DNA of 64,000 nucleotides from Albugo candida (Eukaryota): NCBI GenBank assembly GCA_040437565.1, contig JBDOQK010000004.1, positions 682,001 to 746,000 of the forward strand, read 5' to 3'. Shown piece by piece: positions 61,277 to 64,000 of this stretch (position 1 is its first letter; each line of letters starts with the position of its first letter). The notes under the pieces were generated by a model. It saw only the letters and a program-made list of their open reading frames with translations, ran no database searches and was not told where the DNA came from. The position numbers and the translations under genes were made by a program.

Positions 61277-63907
61277 TTACTGCTTCCCATAAGACGAGAT
61301 CGCAGTCGCTAGCATCATTTCCAGTGTGATGGAATCGACAGACGACTTTTTCATCTCACCATTTCGACTTTTTCCACCTTTTTTCTTCAATGAACTCACA
61401 AAAGCTTTCGCCTCATCGTTCAAATTGCCCAAAACTGCGTGATTCAATTGACGTTTGACTTCGCCCAGTTTATGAATATCATGATCAACTGTGTTCTCTG
61501 CGACCAATTTGTAAATGCTCACAGGTCGCGTTTGACCGATTCGGTGACAACGATCACATGCCTGCTCGTCGTTGGTCGGATTAAAGTCTAAATCGTGTAA
61601 GATGACGGTATCCGCGGCTGTCAAATTGATGCCGAGTCCTCCAGCTCGAGTAGATAACAGAAAGATGAAGATGTCTTGATCGGTGTTGTATTCATCGATC
61701 AGCTCCTGGCGCGTTTCGACCATAGTGGATCCGTCCAAGCGGAGAAATCGGTACTTTCGATGCTGCATCAGAACCTCCAGCAAATCTAGTAATTTTGTCC
61801 ATTGAGAGAAAATCAACACCCGATGACCTTCCTGCTTGAGTTTTGGTAGTAACTTATCGAGATATTGAAATTTCGCGGAATCCAGCAGAGCTTCAATTGG
61901 CAATTGGAGCTTTTTCAGCTCTTTGTTGGCTCCATAATGGACACAGAGATCGTGGATCTGAAAATCGGAATATGTTTCCAATTCTTTTCGTACCATTTCC
62001 ATCGTACATCGTGTACCGAAAGCCTCTGCTCGATAGAGATGCTGCGTCAATTTGCTCAAAACTTGCTCTGATGCGTAATGATTTCGCAATAGAATCGGAT
62101 GATTGGCAGCCTTCCTCAGCTGTGTGAATATCGCGGCATCAGACGAAGTTTCTTTCACGTGCGAATAATCCAATTCCGTCAACATTTCCAATTGGCGTTC
62201 CACTTTGCTTCTTTTTTTATGCTTCATGGATTTCTTCGCAATATCACGTGTTGCCTGCTCCTTTTTCTGCTTGATGACGGACTCCAAAAGCTGTTGATAT
62301 CGTTTGCGTTGAGCTTCACCCAATACCACCATCTCTGTGTGTTCCTTCTTGGCCACTAGCTGATTCAGCACAAGCCGCTTTTCACGCCGAAGTATAAATG
62401 GCGCCAAGATTTTTCTGATTTTCCAGCATTTTGATTCTTCGGTCCCATCGAAAAACGACAGCAACTCATCGGAATCACAATCAAACATCCGAGGCATCAA
62501 GAAACTCAGTAGCGCCAACAGCTCAGTAAGGTTATTTTGTATCGGCGTGCCCGATAACACTAAACGGATTTTCGATCTCATGGTTGATATCCGCTTAAAG
62601 CGAGACGACTTTGAGTTTTTGATACTGTGGCCTTCATCTAAAATCATGTACCCAAATCGAAAGCTTCGAATGAAATTCCGATCATCTTGACATGAATCTC
62701 GCTCAAAGTACGTGTACGTTGTTAAGATGATATCAAACTGGTCGGGCGTGAGAGTCTCTTGAAGGTTCAGTCGATGCTCCTTTGCACCGTGATAAATAAT
62801 CACACGTAATGTTGGTGCAATCCAAGCAAATTCTCGTTGCCAATTGCTCAGCACACTGGCCGGTACAACAATCAAGTGCGGTCCTTGACTTGCTTCCATG
62901 TGCTCTTTGCGATCAAATTGCTTGTTTTCATGTGTAGAGATGGAATGCAAGAGTAGGAGGAACGATATGCTTTGCACTGTTTTGCCCAGACCCATTTCGT
63001 CTGCAAGCACTCCAGACACATTGTTTTCGCACAATAATAAGAGCCAATTCAATCCGACGACTTGGTAAGGCTTCAAAACAAGCTTGTCGCTGATATTAGG
63101 AATGTGATCTTGCGTCACAATCCGGCTTGCAGACTTGCCATTTGGTGTATCGATGGAAGCCAAAGAAACGTGATCTTCATTTGGTGCGTTGTTGTGTTGT
63201 CCATTGGACCACTCCAGAATAGATTTTCGCAACTTTTGTGCAAGCTGCTCACATTTCTTCAGAATCTGACCGACCTCACCGTGATTCTTGCCATGTGCAT
63301 CTTCTTCTTCTTCGTTCCAATGCTCAAACTTTTCCACTATTCGCTCTCTTTTTTGATGTTTTGGACGATCTCGTCCGTGCGTGTGACCACGCTTACCTCC
63401 ATTTCGCTCTAAATCCAAGCTACTAAACCATTCGTTGGCCTTTCCATTGATATCAGACGGTAAGCGATCCTCTGAAACATCAGCTGATCCTTTATTCTTT
63501 TGCATCTCGTACAAGTACGCATCATCTTCGGTTGCACGCGCATCGGTCCCTCGATCCGTCTTCTCATCGTTCTCATCATCCGATTCTGTAATGATTCTAT
63601 TCCTTCGTCTCCCCGTCGGTTTTTGTGGAGCCGTGAATTTTTCCTCTTCCAAATCACTCATTGCGGTCTCACTACTATCATTCGAACTATCATCGTCAAT
63701 AAGCAATGGTCTTTTCCTCTTTGTCGTGTCCTCAATAGCTGTTTTCTTGGTAGTCCGATCTTTTGTTACCTCATTCAATTGTGACTCATTTTGAGCAGAA
63801 TTTGGGCTCGTAGAAGGCTCAATAGAGATCGTATCGATCGATAAATCAATTACTTCGTATTTGGATAAGGTCCCCGCTGCGAAAAATGTATCACTACAGA
63901 AATGCAT
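61277..63907 (-). CDS. SMARCAD1: SNF2-family chromatin remodeller SMARCAD1/Fun30; 5' end may include an upstream exon
   Basis: LKPYQVVGLNWL; GVLADEMGLGKT; ILDEGHSIKN; LSGTPIQNNL; QLRKAANHPILLR; HRVLIFSQW; LLSTRAGGLGINLTAADTVI; QACDRCHRIGQ; Fun30-like SDFQIH insert. Confidence 0.9.
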   Translation of the reverse strand: MHFCSDTFFAAGTLSKYEVIDLSIDTISIEPSTSPNSAQNESQLNEVTKDRTTKKTAIEDTTKRKRPLLIDDDSSNDSSETAMSDLEEEKFTAPQKPTGRRRNRIITESDDENDEKTDRGTDARATEDDAYLYEMQKNKGSADVSEDRLPSDINGKANEWFSSLDLERNGGKRGHTHGRDRPKHQKRERIVEKFEHWNEEEEDAHGKNHGEVGQILKKCEQLAQKLRKSILEWSNGQHNNAPNEDHVSLASIDTPNGKSASRIVTQDHIPNISDKLVLKPYQVVGLNWLLLLCENNVSGVLADEMGLGKTVQSISFLLLLHSISTHENKQFDRKEHMEASQGPHLIVVPASVLSNWQREFAWIAPTLRVIIYHGAKEHRLNLQETLTPDQFDIILTTYTYFERDSCQDDRNFIRSFRFGYMILDEGHSIKNSKSSRFKRISTMRSKIRLVLSGTPIQNNLTELLALLSFLMPRMFDCDSDELLSFFDGTEESKCWKIRKILAPFILRREKRLVLNQLVAKKEHTEMVVLGEAQRKRYQQLLESVIKQKKEQATRDIAKKSMKHKKRSKVERQLEMLTELDYSHVKETSSDAAIFTQLRKAANHPILLRNHYASEQVLSKLTQHLYRAEAFGTRCTMEMVRKELETYSDFQIHDLCVHYGANKELKKLQLPIEALLDSAKFQYLDKLLPKLKQEGHRVLIFSQWTKLLDLLEVLMQHRKYRFLRLDGSTMVETRQELIDEYNTDQDIFIFLLSTRAGGLGINLTAADTVILHDLDFNPTNDEQACDRCHRIGQTRPVSIYKLVAENTVDHDIHKLGEVKRQLNHAVLGNLNDEAKAFVSSLKKKGGKSRNGEMKKSSVDSITLEMMLATAISSYGKQ

Positions 63908-64000
63908 CTCAGGTTACATATTAGCGTTTAATAGTGTACAATTACGAACTGAATTTCGAGCAATAAGACTTTTCCTTGACGTAATATATTCTGTTTTGAT

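Noticed and set aside
57874-63907. TIR gene plus SNF2 helicase as a prokaryote-style defence operon
   Set aside because: Eukaryotic context, and the helicase is an ordinary SMARCAD1/Fun30; adjacency alone is not evidence.

Overview
Eukaryotic, very compact genomic scaffold with short (mostly 50-70 nt) GT-AG introns and twelve 100-N gaps. Gene content, compactness and a centriolar gene (rotatin) suggest a zoospore-forming oomycete, plausibly Albugo-like (inference). Two gene-dense blocks flank a gene-sparse region. The first block (0.9-31.7 kb) holds eIF2D, a PDZ/PH protein, rotatin, KNL2/M18BP1, a multi-PDZ protein, a FYVE protein, Trm7, RTEL1, a TPR protein, a C2HC zinc-finger protein and ceramide synthase. 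The second block (44.7-64 kb) holds RBM34, a UGT, ALG5, proline iminopeptidase, a CxxHGGG zinc-finger protein, an SPT2 fusion, OSGEPL1/Qri7, esterase D, an ankyrin-TIR protein and SMARCAD1. The ~13 kb gene-sparse region contains one small secreted-protein gene, a TIR- and TSD-bounded Mutator-like element, a Tc1/mariner relic and degraded ORFs. Nine of the gaps are flanked by direct duplications, mostly assembly artefacts, two of them with haplotype-like differences. The most interesting object is a two-exon gene (57874-61151, minus strand) encoding a multi-pass membrane protein with ankyrin repeats and two tandem TIR domains. One TIR retains the catalytic-type Glu and the other is degenerate, making it a candidate NADase or immune-type receptor. 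All family calls come from motif recognition by eye; no searches were run.
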